From contig JAKQKX010000045.1 of the NCBI GenBank assembly GCA_029560465.1, positions 216,260 to 280,259 on the forward strand: 64,000 bases of DNA, given 5' to 3'. The translations under genes were made by a program, and so were the position numbers. Below the pieces are notes generated by a model, which did no database searches, was not told the DNA's origin, and saw nothing but the letters and a program-made list of their open reading frames with translations. This DNA is from Candidatus Omnitrophota bacterium (GTDB lineage Bacteria > Omnitrophota > Gorgyraeia > Zapsychrales > JANLHA01). Positions 9,764-20,192 of the stretch are shown here, in pieces. How positions within the stretch are numbered: position 1 is the first letter of the stretch; each line of letters opens with the position of its first letter.

Positions 9764-10774
9764 CTAAAATTTCAGTTTCTGTTCAACGCCAATCATATCC
9801 ACATCTTCGTCCGACATGGTGTTAATGTTCTCTTTCCGGCGATAAAGGTACTTAAGTTCCGTTGTCCCGGATTTGTCGTCCGACTCAATGCGCTTCAAGG
9901 TCCATTCGGTTTCCATGCCCGAAGACCTGACCACCGGCTTTCTTCGAAGGCTCCGCAACTGTTGGGGAATTTTATCCAAGCGGGCCAAGTTTAACAGGCC
10001 GGCAACCTTAAAGGTCAAACCGTCCGCTTGAGAAACGAACGAATCGGTAATCCGGAACTTTGGAAAAACGCCTTCTCCCTTAAGCCGCAGCTGCCGGTAT
10101 TCCAAATCCCCGATACAGCCGTTTGTTAAAAACACCTCCGCCTGCAACTTGACATCAGGGTCGTTTCCGCTCAGGCGGATCTTCCCCGCCGACGCCCCCT
10201 CAACCACATCCCGCGGGACGTCCATAAACAAGCTCACAAGATCGTATAATGGGACATCCGCAAACTCGGCGCTCAACCGGAAACGGTGCGGGCGGGCCCA
10301 TTCCCAGGTCCCGCTCATAACACAATTCCCCCAAGAAAGCCTTTCAATAAAAACCGCTTGATTTTTAAATACGAACCGGGCGGAAATATCGTCCAACGGC
10401 TTTTTATTAAACAACACGTTGCGGCTGCGGAGTTGCCCGGAATACCCCGGGCCAGCCTCTCCGTCCGGGACCATGTTTAAGGACGCCTCGAGAACAGTTG
10501 AAATATTAAAAAGCCTCACCGGCCAATTATCCAGTTCCGCAAGGATTTGAATGGAAGAGTCGGAAACTGGCCTGACCTGGAACACCGCGTGATGCTCTGT
10601 CCCGGAAATGAACCTGACTGTTGCTGTCTTTTGAATGAAATCCAGCTCGCCGCGCATTAAGACCGGTTCCCCAGCGGCGATCCCCGGCTTGCCAAGGATA
10701 AAAGCACAAAAACTCAGGAGTAAAGGGATGCTATGACAAGCTTGCCGGGGAAGCATCTCCTGAAGATCAAACAC
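9764..10774 (-). CDS. exported beta-rich protein, possibly AsmA/TamB-like (start uncertain)
   Basis: Signal-peptide-like N-terminus, alternating beta-strand pattern, C-terminal ...IGVEQKLKF; family assignment is inference. Confidence 0.6.
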   Translation of the reverse strand: MFDLQEMLPRQACHSIPLLLSFCAFILGKPGIAAGEPVLMRGELDFIQKTATVRFISGTEHHAVFQVRPVSDSSIQILAELDNWPVRLFNISTVLEASLNMVPDGEAGPGYSGQLRSRNVLFNKKPLDDISARFVFKNQAVFIERLSWGNCVMSGTWEWARPHRFRLSAEFADVPLYDLVSLFMDVPRDVVEGASAGKIRLSGNDPDVKLQAEVFLTNGCIGDLEYRQLRLKGEGVFPKFRITDSFVSQADGLTFKVAGLLNLARLDKIPQQLRSLRRKPVVRSSGMETEWTLKRIESDDKSGTTELKYLYRRKENINTMSDEDVDMIGVEQKLKF

Positions 10775-10828
10775 ACAAAAATCCCGGGCCGCCCATAGGC
10801 ACCTCCTGCCCCAGCTAAACGCGCACGG

Positions 10829-13255
10829 TTATGATGAAGACTCAAAGCGCAGATAGTCGTTATTACGAGAAACCTGAATTTTACTGCCCTCTTTATATTG
10901 CCCAGAGATAATTTCTTCCGCAAGCGGGTCTTCCAAATACCGTTGGATCGTCCGTTTTAAAGGCCTGGCCCCGAACACCGGATCAAACCCTTTTTCAATC
11001 AGGAAGTCTTTCGCCTCCCTGACTAACTCGATGGCGATCCCCTGATCATGCAGCCGTTTCGCAACCTCCCGGATTTCTATCTCAACAATTTCTTCGAGAT
11101 TCTCTTTCGTTAATTGCCTGAAAACGATGATGTCGTCAATACGGTTCAGGAATTCCGGTTTAAAAACCCTTTTGACTTCTTCGAGAAGACGGCCCTTCAT
11201 GTCTTCATAAGACGCGTCCGCGGTCTGGGCGCCGAAACCCAGCGCGCCTTTGGTCCGCAGGATGTCTGCGCCGACGTTAGACGTCATAATAATAATCGTG
11301 TTGCGGAAATCCACTTTCCGGCCCAGGCTGTCCGTTAACCGGCCTTCCTCAAACACCTGAAGGAGGATATTAAAAACATCCGGATGCGCTTTTTCAATCT
11401 CATCCAAAAGCACGACGGAATAAGGCTTGCGCCGGACCTTTTCGGTCAGTTGCCCCCCCTCCTCGTACCCCACATACCCCGGAGGCGCGCCGATAAGGCG
11501 GGACACGTTAAACTTGTCCATATACTCCGACATGTCAATCTGGATCAGGGCGTCGGCGTCGCCGAACATGTATTCTGTTAACGCCCTGGCCAGATGCGTC
11601 TTCCCGACTCCCGTGGGCCCCAGGAACACAAACGACCCGATGGGCCGGCGAGGGTTCTTGATTCCCGCCCGCGAGCGGCGCACCGCGCGCGAAATAACAC
11701 CAATAGCTTCTTCCTGGCCCACAACCGTTTTCTTGAGCTGCTTGTCCATGGTGAGCAGCTTTTCGGTTTCCTTCTGTTCGAGGCGGACCAACGGGATTTT
11801 CGTCCACTGGGAAATGACGACGGCAATCTCTTCCTCTCCCAGCGTGATCGTCACATTATCCCGCTTCTGCGACCACTCCGCGCGAACCCGGTCCAAATTC
11901 TCGCGCACGCCCCGTTCCTGATCCCGCATGTGGGCGGCTTTCTCAAAATCCTGACTCTTAATATGGGCTTCCTTCTCCTTGCGCAATTGTTCAATCTGGG
12001 CTTCTAACTCCTTGATTTCAGGAGGGACTTCCATGGCGTGCAGCCGCGCCCGCGCCCCCGCTTCATCCAAAATATCAACCGCCTTGTCCGGGAGCGCCCG
12101 TCCGGAGATATAGCGGTCAGACAACCGCACCGCGGCTTCCAAGGCTTCATCGGAAAACTTAACCCTATGATGGGCTTCATATTTATCCCGCAGGCCTTTT
12201 AAAATCTGGATCGCCTCATCCACAGACGGAGGGTTGACAATGATCGTCTGGAAACGGCGCTCCAGGGCCGCGTCTTTTTCAATATGTTTACGGTATTCAT
12301 CCAACGTCGTGGCCCCGATGCACTGAATTTCTCCCCGCGCCAGCGCTGGTTTAAGAATATTAGCCGCGTCAATAGCGCCTTCCGCGGCTCCGGCCCCGAC
12401 CAGCGTGTGCAATTCATCCACGAAAAGGATAATTTTCCCGGAACGCTTGATTTCGTCCATGATCGCCTTGATCCGCTCCTCAAACTGCCCGCGATATTTC
12501 GTCCCGGCGATCATGAGCGCCAAGTCCAGGACCACGATGTTTTTATCCCGCAGAACTTCCGGGACATCGCCGGCAACGATCAGCTGTGCGAGCCCCTCCA
12601 CGATGGCGGTTTTGCCGACCCCCGCCTCCCCCAGGAGGACCGGGTTATTCTTGGTCCGGCGGCTTAAAATCTGGACAATCCGCTCAATCTCCTCCGCGCG
12701 GCCGATCACCGGATCCAGCTTTCCTTCCTTGGCCAACCGGTTCAAATTCCGGCCATAAGCGTCAATCGCCGGAGTTTTACCCCCCTTGCCCTGTTCCTGC
12801 ACGCTGAACCCCGGGATCCCGGAGCCCAGCAGTTCCATGATTTCATTGCGCAACTTACTCAAATCCAGCCCCAGGTTCAAAAGGACCCGGTAGGCCATGC
12901 CCTCCCCCTCTTTCACCAGCCCCAGCAACAGGTGTTCCGTTCCGATATAGTTGTGCCCCAGCGCCCGCGCTTCTTCCGCTGAAAGCTCCAAAGCCTTTTT
13001 GGACCGCGGGGTAAACGGAATGTCCCCGAGGACCTGGGTTTGCGGCCCGGGCTGGACCAGTTTCTCAACCTCAATGCGGATCGTTTCCAAATCCAAGCCC
13101 AATTTCTGCAGGACCGCCGCCGCCACCCCTTCCCCTTCCCGGATCAACCCCAAAAGCAAATGCTCCGTTCCGATATAATCATGATTAAAACGCCGGGCCT
13201 CTTCCTTGGCGTACACGATCACTTTCCTCGCCCTTTCGGTAAATCTATTAAACAT
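10829..13255 (-). CDS. clpC: ATP-dependent Clp protease ATPase subunit ClpC
   Basis: Duplicated Clp-N repeat ([13 protein letters not shown] twice), two AAA+ modules ([16 protein letters not shown]), UVR coiled coil, LGF loop. Confidence 0.97.
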   Translation of the reverse strand: MFNRFTERARKVIVYAKEEARRFNHDYIGTEHLLLGLIREGEGVAAAVLQKLGLDLETIRIEVEKLVQPGPQTQVLGDIPFTPRSKKALELSAEEARALGHNYIGTEHLLLGLVKEGEGMAYRVLLNLGLDLSKLRNEIMELLGSGIPGFSVQEQGKGGKTPAIDAYGRNLNRLAKEGKLDPVIGRAEEIERIVQILSRRTKNNPVLLGEAGVGKTAIVEGLAQLIVAGDVPEVLRDKNIVVLDLALMIAGTKYRGQFEERIKAIMDEIKRSGKIILFVDELHTLVGAGAAEGAIDAANILKPALARGEIQCIGATTLDEYRKHIEKDAALERRFQTIIVNPPSVDEAIQILKGLRDKYEAHHRVKFSDEALEAAVRLSDRYISGRALPDKAVDILDEAGARARLHAMEVPPEIKELEAQIEQLRKEKEAHIKSQDFEKAAHMRDQERGVRENLDRVRAEWSQKRDNVTITLGEEEIAVVISQWTKIPLVRLEQKETEKLLTMDKQLKKTVVGQEEAIGVISRAVRRSRAGIKNPRRPIGSFVFLGPTGVGKTHLARALTEYMFGDADALIQIDMSEYMDKFNVSRLIGAPPGYVGYEEGGQLTEKVRRKPYSVVLLDEIEKAHPDVFNILLQVFEEGRLTDSLGRKVDFRNTIIIMTSNVGADILRTKGALGFGAQTADASYEDMKGRLLEEVKRVFKPEFLNRIDDIIVFRQLTKENLEEIVEIEIREVAKRLHDQGIAIELVREAKDFLIEKGFDPVFGARPLKRTIQRYLEDPLAEEIISGQYKEGSKIQVSRNNDYLRFESSS

Positions 13256-14308
13256 CTACGCTCCTCCTAACTTTTCTCTCATTAAACTCGCTCTGCGAAT
13301 ATCCCGGGCCGTGGCCGACAATTTCTTCCCTTCGAGTTTTTGAAGGTGCGCCGGCTGGATCAAAATCAAAAGCTCATTGACCGTGCAACGGTCAATATTC
13401 TTAACCAGCCCCAGGTCAATCCCCAACCGGACCATCGACAACAACTCGATGGTTTCCTGGCTGGAAATGATGTGCGCGTTTTTGATGACCCCCAGAGACC
13501 GGAAAATTTTGTCTTCCAGCATCGGTTTATTCTGCAGAATTAAAGCTTGCCGCGCCTGTTCCTCCTGCTCGATCACCTGTCGGATCAGGCCGTTAATATT
13601 CTGAATAATATCTTCTTCGCTGTGCCCGAGAGACACCTGGTTAGAGATCTGATAAAAATTGCCCCGGGCCTGGGTCCCTTCCCCGTAGAACCCGCGGGAC
13701 GCGAAACTCAGCTTGGCGATGGCCGTCAAGACCTTGTTAATCTGCTTGGTCATCACCAACGCCGGAAGGTGCAGCATGACCGAACCGCGCATCGCGGTTC
13801 CGGTGTTGGTCGGGCAGGCCGTCAGATACCCCCAATGATTCAGAAACGCGTACTGCAGGATATCGGCGAGTTTGTCGTCAATCATGTCGATGATCTTCCA
13901 GGTTTCGTGCAGGTTTAAGCCCGACTGCATCACCTGAATCCGCAAATGATCCTCCTCGTTAATCATGACCGACAGGATCTCTTCCTGAGAAACGATCAGC
14001 GCCTTGCCCTCGGGGTTAGACGAATGTTCATGACTCATCAGGTGCCGTTCAATCAAAAACTGACGGTCAATGCTGTCCAACTCGTTCATCTGAAACAGGG
14101 TGGCGTCCTTGAAATAATCGATCTTGTCCTTAGCGTCCTGAACGGTCGCCAGCACATGCAGGAGGTCTTTCTTGGAAGCCTTGTTCGGGAACGGCACGGA
14201 AAAAAGATTCCGCGCCAGGCGGATGCGCGACGACATCACAATGTTGGAGTACGGCCCGGTCCCCTTGAGCCATTGGCCAGTATGATAAATCAAGTCATCA
14301 AGTTTCAT
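13256..14308 (-). CDS. mcsB: protein-arginine kinase
   Basis: SSRIRLARN, NEEDHLR, LTACPTNTGT, YQISNQ. Confidence 0.96.
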   Translation of the reverse strand: MKLDDLIYHTGQWLKGTGPYSNIVMSSRIRLARNLFSVPFPNKASKKDLLHVLATVQDAKDKIDYFKDATLFQMNELDSIDRQFLIERHLMSHEHSSNPEGKALIVSQEEILSVMINEEDHLRIQVMQSGLNLHETWKIIDMIDDKLADILQYAFLNHWGYLTACPTNTGTAMRGSVMLHLPALVMTKQINKVLTAIAKLSFASRGFYGEGTQARGNFYQISNQVSLGHSEEDIIQNINGLIRQVIEQEEQARQALILQNKPMLEDKIFRSLGVIKNAHIISSQETIELLSMVRLGIDLGLVKNIDRCTVNELLILIQPAHLQKLEGKKLSATARDIRRASLMREKLGGA

Positions 14309-14814
14309 GCCTTTTCTTCCTTCTTTTTGTCCTCCAGCTCCCGGATCCTGTCCCGCAACTCAGCAGCCTGTTCAAACCGCTCCTGCTCAATGGCCTGCTG
14401 CAATTGTTGCTTAAGGTCAAGAAGCGAATCGGTTTTAGGCAGCGCCTGAACCGAGACAATCCCAGGGGTTTTCCCGTGATGCCGGTTAGAACCGTGAATC
14501 CTCTTCAGCAGCCCGCCCAATTGATCCTGGAAAGCGGTATAACATTCGCTGCACCCCAGCCGCCCCAATTTTTTAAAATCTTCATACGTAAGCTGACAGG
14601 ACGGGCAGACGGCCTTCACTTTATCATAATCCTTCACCTGTTTTCCAAAATCCGCCAGGCCCGCCAGTAAATCAGAAAGGCCGAACTGCTGCTCCATCTG
14701 CACGCTTTTCTCCCGGGCGCATTCCTCGCACAGGTGCATCTCCAGCAGCTGCTCATCAACAATTTCCGTTAGATGAACGGTTGCCTTTTTTTTCCCACAC
14801 AAGTCACAAATCAT
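14305..14814 (-). CDS. mcsA: McsB activator McsA
   Basis: CxxC motifs (CDLC, CEEC, CPSC, LGCSECY) and C-terminal UVR domain ERFEQAAELRDRI. Confidence 0.95.
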   Translation of the reverse strand: MICDLCGKKKATVHLTEIVDEQLLEMHLCEECAREKSVQMEQQFGLSDLLAGLADFGKQVKDYDKVKAVCPSCQLTYEDFKKLGRLGCSECYTAFQDQLGGLLKRIHGSNRHHGKTPGIVSVQALPKTDSLLDLKQQLQQAIEQERFEQAAELRDRIRELEDKKKEEKA

Positions 14815-14883
14815 AAACAATCCTCAATTCATAATCCCGTCTGAGAAGGGCTCGCCCTTTTCAGGACAGACCGGCCATCCGCT

Positions 14884-15747
14884 TCAATATGGCACGCCAT
14901 CCGAAGCGGTCACCTTTTTAAACTGCTGGATAAGTTTTTGCGTAAAACGGCCCGGCTTGCCGTCCGCGATCAACCGCCCGTCGACTTTGACAACCGGGAT
15001 AATCTCCGCTGCCGTTCCGCTCAGGAAACATTCATCCGCGTTATAAATTTCATGGCGCGTCAGGAAGGTTTCGCGGGTTTTGACGTCGTTACTCTCAGCC
15101 AGTTCCAGGACCATATCTCGGGTAATCCCTTTCAAACGGCCCGTGAGGGGGGTTAATAACACGCCATTCTTTATGATAAAAATATTATCCCCCGTGCACT
15201 CCGCCACATACCCCTGCGTATCCATCATAATCGCCTCGTTAAAACCGGCATTATTGGCTTCAATCTTAGCGAGGATATTGTTTAAATAATTCAGGGACTT
15301 CAACTGCGGATTTAAAGCTTCCGAATGATTTCTTACCGTCGGAACGGTCATAATGGCCATCCCGTTGCGATACAGTTCCTCCGGATACAAGGTGATTTTA
15401 TCCGCAATGATAATCACCCCGGGCTTCCCGTGGCATTTCCGGGGGTCCAGCCCCAGGTCGCCCACGCCCCGGGTCACAATCACCCGAATATAGGCATCGT
15501 CCAGGTTGTTTTGGTTCAAGGTATCAACAACGGCCTGAATCATCTGTTCTTTCGTCATCGGGATCTCAATCATGAGCGTGTGGGCCGTTTCATAGAGACG
15601 GTCCATATGGGCCTGAAGGCGGAAAACCCGCCGGTTATAGGACCGGATTCCTTCAAACGCGCCGTCCCCGTACAAAAATCCATGGTCAAACACGGATATC
15701 TTCGCGTCCTCTTTGCTGACATACGTTCCATTAAGATAAATTTTCAT
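14884..15747 (-). CDS. ilvE: branched-chain amino acid aminotransferase (class IV PLP)
   Basis: DHGFLYGDGAFEGIR, KSLNYLNN, GITR, GTAAEI. Confidence 0.93.
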   Translation of the reverse strand: MKIYLNGTYVSKEDAKISVFDHGFLYGDGAFEGIRSYNRRVFRLQAHMDRLYETAHTLMIEIPMTKEQMIQAVVDTLNQNNLDDAYIRVIVTRGVGDLGLDPRKCHGKPGVIIIADKITLYPEELYRNGMAIMTVPTVRNHSEALNPQLKSLNYLNNILAKIEANNAGFNEAIMMDTQGYVAECTGDNIFIIKNGVLLTPLTGRLKGITRDMVLELAESNDVKTRETFLTRHEIYNADECFLSGTAAEIIPVVKVDGRLIADGKPGRFTQKLIQQFKKVTASDGVPY

Positions 15748-16484
15748 ACGCATCTCACCTCATCTTTTAAACCGTCATTGTTGTTATTATGATCATCCGC
15801 CCGGCCCGGTCCGTCCATAAATCTTCCATCCTTCATCATGACGATTTTCTGGGCCCGCCGGGCGATCCCGGAATCGTGCGTTACGATAATCAGCGTTAGC
15901 TTTTTATCCCGGTTCAGCTCCGCCAAAAGATTGATAATTTCCGCGCCGCTTGCCGAATCGAGGTTGCCGGTCGGTTCATCGCACAGGAGAATTTTGGGCT
16001 CGTTCATGAGCGATCGGGCGATCGCCACCCGCTGCTGTTCCCCTCCCGAAAGCTCGCCGGGCCGGTGTTCCAGGCGGTGCGACAGCCCCACCTTGCCGAG
16101 CAGCTCCCCGGCGCGGGCTTTCAGAAAAGACATATCCGTATTCCGCCCGCAAACCATGGCCGGCAGAAGCACATTTTCCAGTGCGGAGAATTCCGGCAAA
16201 AGATGATAAAATTGAAAAATAAAGCCGATCTTCCGGCTGCGGATCTTCGCCCGCGCTTTATCCCCCAAGCGGTAAATATCCTCCCCGTCAACGCTGACGG
16301 TCCCGGAGCTCGGCTTGTCCAGCCCGCCGATGATATGAAGCAAGGTCGACTTCCCGGCCCCGGAAGGGCCGACCACGGCTAAAAATTCCCCCTCCTTCAC
16401 CTGGAACGTCACCCCTTTAAGGACGTCCAGCCGGCTGGCCGGCTGGACGTAACTCTTCATCAATTGAAACGCATCAATAACCAT
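15744..16484 (-). CDS. lolD: lipoprotein-releasing ABC transporter ATPase
   Basis: GPSGAGKST, GFIFQFYHLLPEFSALENV, LSGGEQQR, DEPTGNLD. Confidence 0.9.
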   Translation of the reverse strand: MVIDAFQLMKSYVQPASRLDVLKGVTFQVKEGEFLAVVGPSGAGKSTLLHIIGGLDKPSSGTVSVDGEDIYRLGDKARAKIRSRKIGFIFQFYHLLPEFSALENVLLPAMVCGRNTDMSFLKARAGELLGKVGLSHRLEHRPGELSGGEQQRVAIARSLMNEPKILLCDEPTGNLDSASGAEIINLLAELNRDKKLTLIIVTHDSGIARRAQKIVMMKDGRFMDGPGRADDHNNNNDGLKDEVRCV

Positions 16485-16536
16485 GGAAGGATAACGGCCT
16501 TTCTTTTACCCACCGTGTACACGTTATTTTAAATTC

Positions 16537-17730
16537 CTATTCATACCTCAGCGCTTCCACCGGCTGCAACCGTGCGGCCCTAGACGCGGGATAAACGGAA
16601 GCGCAAAAACTGATCACCAGGGCGGCGGCGACAATGGCGAAAATATCAAACAGCTGAATTTCCACCGGCACATGATCAATGGAATAAATCTCCGCCGGAA
16701 CTTTAATGTACGTTTTTAAAATATAACTGACTGCGAACCCTCCGGCCAGCCCCACAAACGTTCCTGTGCTGCCGATATACATCCCCATCTTTGTAAAAAT
16801 ACTCCGGATAGCCTGTTTAGGCACTCCGATCGATTGTAAAATCCCGATATCGTGAATTTTGCTCATGACCGTGACGATGAGCGTGCTGATAATATTAAAA
16901 GACGCCACCAACACCATCATGGTCAGGACAATAAAAAGCCCCCACTTTTCCAGAAAAAGCGCGTCAAAAAGATTCCGGTTAACATCAATCCACGTCTTAA
17001 CCAAAAAGCTATACCCCAGAGTGTCATAAATTTTTTTTTGAACGTCCTTCGCCATATGGGGATCGGCAAGTTTAACGCCGAGGCCGCTGACCTTCTGCTC
17101 CGAAAGATTGAAAACGGTCCGGGCTTTCTGAATATGGACAAGCGCCAGGTTCATGTCAAAATCCACCATCCCCGTGTCAAAAATACCACGGATCGTCAAC
17201 CGGTATTTCCACCCTTTCCCGGCGATTCCAGAACCCGGGGCAATGATCGTGACTTCGTCGCCGACCGAGTACCCGGCGTAACGGGCCAATTCCCGTCCGA
17301 TAAAAACCCCTTCCTCATCGAGTTGGGCGAGGTCGCCTTCCTTGAGGAACTCTTTCACCTTCGTCACCCGGCCTTCGGTTTCGGGCGCAATGCCCCGGAT
17401 CACCAATCCTAACGCATTCCCTTCCAGGTCCAGGAAAACATTGCCCTGGACATACGGAGAAACCCCGGTCACGCCTTCCATTTGGACAAGCTGGCCAGCC
17501 ACCTCACCATAATTCTGAATTCCGGTTTCTTTCTCCACCGCGATATGCGGGGACGAGCCGATGATCTTTTCCCTCAGATTATTCGCGAATCCCGTCATCA
17601 CCCCGGTGACCACAATCAGAGCCATGACGCCCAGGGCAACCCCGGCGATGGAAATAAAGGTAAGAAAAGAGAGAAACCCACCTTTACGGCGCGACAAATA
17701 CCGGTAACTGATCCAGCTTTCATAATTCAT
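16537..17730 (-). CDS. lipoprotein-releasing ABC transporter permease (LolC/E/F family)
   Basis: MacB/FtsX topology, GVALGVMALIVV, YPASRAARLQPVEALRYE terminus; next to lolD. Confidence 0.9.
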   Translation of the reverse strand: MNYESWISYRYLSRRKGGFLSFLTFISIAGVALGVMALIVVTGVMTGFANNLREKIIGSSPHIAVEKETGIQNYGEVAGQLVQMEGVTGVSPYVQGNVFLDLEGNALGLVIRGIAPETEGRVTKVKEFLKEGDLAQLDEEGVFIGRELARYAGYSVGDEVTIIAPGSGIAGKGWKYRLTIRGIFDTGMVDFDMNLALVHIQKARTVFNLSEQKVSGLGVKLADPHMAKDVQKKIYDTLGYSFLVKTWIDVNRNLFDALFLEKWGLFIVLTMMVLVASFNIISTLIVTVMSKIHDIGILQSIGVPKQAIRSIFTKMGMYIGSTGTFVGLAGGFAVSYILKTYIKVPAEIYSIDHVPVEIQLFDIFAIVAAALVISFCASVYPASRAARLQPVEALRYE

Positions 17731-17771
17731 TGGCGTGTCCTTCTATTCATGGCTTAGGCGCAAGAAGATTG

Positions 17772-19268
17772 TCAGCCCGGGACGTCCCGGGCTTCCGATT
17801 CCAAAAGGCCTTCGGCCTCCGTGGGGGACGCTGGCTTTAAAAGCGGGAACAAAATGACATCCCGGATCGAAGGCGCATCGGTTAAGAGCATCACCAGCCG
17901 GTCCACGCCGATGCCGAGGCCGCCGGCCGGCGGCATACCGTATTCCAGGGCCTGGACAAAATCTTCGTCGATCGTCCGCAACCCCGTTTCCACATCATCA
18001 TCCAGGTCCGCCAAAAGCCGTTTCTTCTGTTCCAAAGGATCGTTCAATTCCGAGTAGGCGTTGCCGACTTCCATCCCGGCGATAAAACATTCGAACCGCT
18101 GCGAAATGCCGGGCTGCCGTGGATCCGTTTTGGCGAGCGGGCATAAGAAGGTGAAATAATCCGTGAAAAACACCGGGTTCATCGTCGCATCTTCTTCCAA
18201 AATGTCCTCGACAATTTTCATGACCGCCGAGCGCGTTAAGACCTGAATTTTAAGCTTGTCCCCTTTAATCGCCTTCACCTTGGAAAGCATCGTTGCCGCG
18301 TCATCCTGGGGATCAATACCAAATTTTTCCTTAACGATCCCGGCGAAAGAGCGGCGTTCCCACGGAGGGGTAAAATCAATCTCCCGGCCCTGATAGGTCA
18401 CCCGCAACGTACCGAAAAGTTCCTTAACCAAACCGGCAACCATGTCTTCCATTAAACGCATCATGTCGGAATAATCGGCGTACGCCTGGTACACTTCCAG
18501 CATCGTGAATTCCGGATTATGGCGGGTCGAAATCCCCTCATTGCGGAAGTTGCGGTTGATTTCATAAACACGCTCCAGCCCTCCGACGAGGAGCCGTTTT
18601 AAATACAGTTCCGGGGCGATCCGCAGGTACACATCCATGTCATACGTGTTGTGCTTGCTTCTAAAAGGCCGGCCACGCGCCCCACCCGCGAGAGGCTGCA
18701 GCATCGGCGTTTCTACTTCCAAGAATCCCCGTTGATCCAGATAAGAACGGATGAATTTCACGATAAAACTGCGCTGGATAAAGACCTTCCGGGCATCCTG
18801 GTTTACAATGAGATCCACGTATCTCTGCCGATAGCGGATTTCCGTGTCTTTAAGGCCATGCCATTTCTCCGGCAGGCACATGATCGATTTCGTCAAAACC
18901 GTTAAATTTTTAAGCCGCACGCTTTTTTCCCCGGTCTGGGTCAGGAACAAAACGCCTGAAACCCCGACCATATCCCCGATATCAACCAGCTTCACCACTT
19001 CAAAGAGTTCCGGGCCGACATTGTCCGCCTTGACAAAAAGCTGTATCTGGCCTGTCTTATCCATGAGGTCCATGAACATCACCTTCCCGTGCTTACGGTT
19101 CGCCATCACGCGCCCAGCCAGAGTCACCTCTCTCTGTTCAACAAACGGATCCAGCACAGACTGAATCATCTGGGTTTCGGGGAACCGTCCACCGTACGGC
19201 AAAACGTTCAAAGCTTCCATTTTATGAAGCTTTTCAATTCTAACTTTCTTTATTTCATCAACTTCCAT
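17772..19268 (-). CDS. lysS: lysine--tRNA ligase (class II)
   Basis: YRQRYVDL, LRIAPELYLKRL, FRNEG..HNPEF, GMPPAGGLGIGVDRL. Confidence 0.97.
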   Translation of the reverse strand: MEVDEIKKVRIEKLHKMEALNVLPYGGRFPETQMIQSVLDPFVEQREVTLAGRVMANRKHGKVMFMDLMDKTGQIQLFVKADNVGPELFEVVKLVDIGDMVGVSGVLFLTQTGEKSVRLKNLTVLTKSIMCLPEKWHGLKDTEIRYRQRYVDLIVNQDARKVFIQRSFIVKFIRSYLDQRGFLEVETPMLQPLAGGARGRPFRSKHNTYDMDVYLRIAPELYLKRLLVGGLERVYEINRNFRNEGISTRHNPEFTMLEVYQAYADYSDMMRLMEDMVAGLVKELFGTLRVTYQGREIDFTPPWERRSFAGIVKEKFGIDPQDDAATMLSKVKAIKGDKLKIQVLTRSAVMKIVEDILEEDATMNPVFFTDYFTFLCPLAKTDPRQPGISQRFECFIAGMEVGNAYSELNDPLEQKKRLLADLDDDVETGLRTIDEDFVQALEYGMPPAGGLGIGVDRLVMLLTDAPSIRDVILFPLLKPASPTEAEGLLESEARDVPG

Positions 19269-19303
19269 ATATTTCGCCGCCCTTTCTTATAAATAACAGG
19301 AAG

Positions 19304-19332
19304 ATTATATAGAAAATCACAAGGGGTGTCAA
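19304..19332 (-). promoter_or_regulatory. sigma70-type promoter upstream of lysS
   Basis: Minus strand reads TTGACA-N17-TATAAT, a perfect consensus. Confidence 0.85.
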
Positions 19333-19357
19333 TCAAAAGGCTCGAATAGACAGGCTT

Positions 19358-20176
19358 TCAGGGAGTAGCAATAATACAGATAGACGCTTTGTTCGCCAGA
19401 GAAATCGTTTTCAGCGGGTCAATGATGATCGTCTTGCCGGCTTCAATCGCCAGGCACCCGGCCCGGACACGGGTCATATGTTTGATCGTCCTTGGCCCGA
19501 CCACCGGCACATCAAAACGAAAATCCTGCTCGGGCTTGCTCATCTTGACGACAACCGCACCTTGTTGAGCAATTCCGCCACCCCGGACGACGCAACGGTC
19601 CGTTCCCTCCATCGCTTCAATGGCCACGATGGCTTTATCTTTAATCACAACCGTCTGGCCGATATCGAGTCCGCCCATGGATTTGGCGATGTGTTTCCCG
19701 AAAACAATATCATCCAGCTCCAGGAGGGTCGGGCCCCGGTGAGTCAGGGTCCCTTGCGGAGCCAAATATTTTTTAAGCAGAAAAGTTGAATCTAACAGTT
19801 CCAAGCCATGCTGGTGCAACTTCTCAGCGATGGCGGAAAAAATTGTATCGGCTTTCCGGTCTTTAACGGCCTGGAACAGGTCTTTAAATTCCCCATCCAA
19901 CCTGATGTTATCATCAAACAAATTTTTGGGATGCACCTGACCGGCCATAATGACGTGCCGGACACCGCAAGAAAGAAAATACTGAAACACGGCCGTTAAC
20001 TGACCAACTCGAAACCACCGCAACTTGGAGACAAAAAACTTCAAATGCCAAGCCGTGTCTCCCTTAATGCCCGCGGCGACCACCCGGATATTCTGGTCTT
20101 TCGCCGCCCGCGCGAACAAAAACGGGAACCGGCCGTTTCCGGCAATGAGCCCTATCGTATCCATAGATTCAGTCAT
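19358..20176 (-). CDS. lpxI: UDP-2,3-diacylglucosamine diphosphatase LpxI
   Basis: GLIAGNGRFP, DIGQTVV, AIEAMEGTD, QDFRFDVPVVG; downstream of lpxA. Confidence 0.92.
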   Translation of the reverse strand: MTESMDTIGLIAGNGRFPFLFARAAKDQNIRVVAAGIKGDTAWHLKFFVSKLRWFRVGQLTAVFQYFLSCGVRHVIMAGQVHPKNLFDDNIRLDGEFKDLFQAVKDRKADTIFSAIAEKLHQHGLELLDSTFLLKKYLAPQGTLTHRGPTLLELDDIVFGKHIAKSMGGLDIGQTVVIKDKAIVAIEAMEGTDRCVVRGGGIAQQGAVVVKMSKPEQDFRFDVPVVGPRTIKHMTRVRAGCLAIEAGKTIIIDPLKTISLANKASICIIATP

Positions 20177-20192
20177 GAAAAATCAAGGGTCT

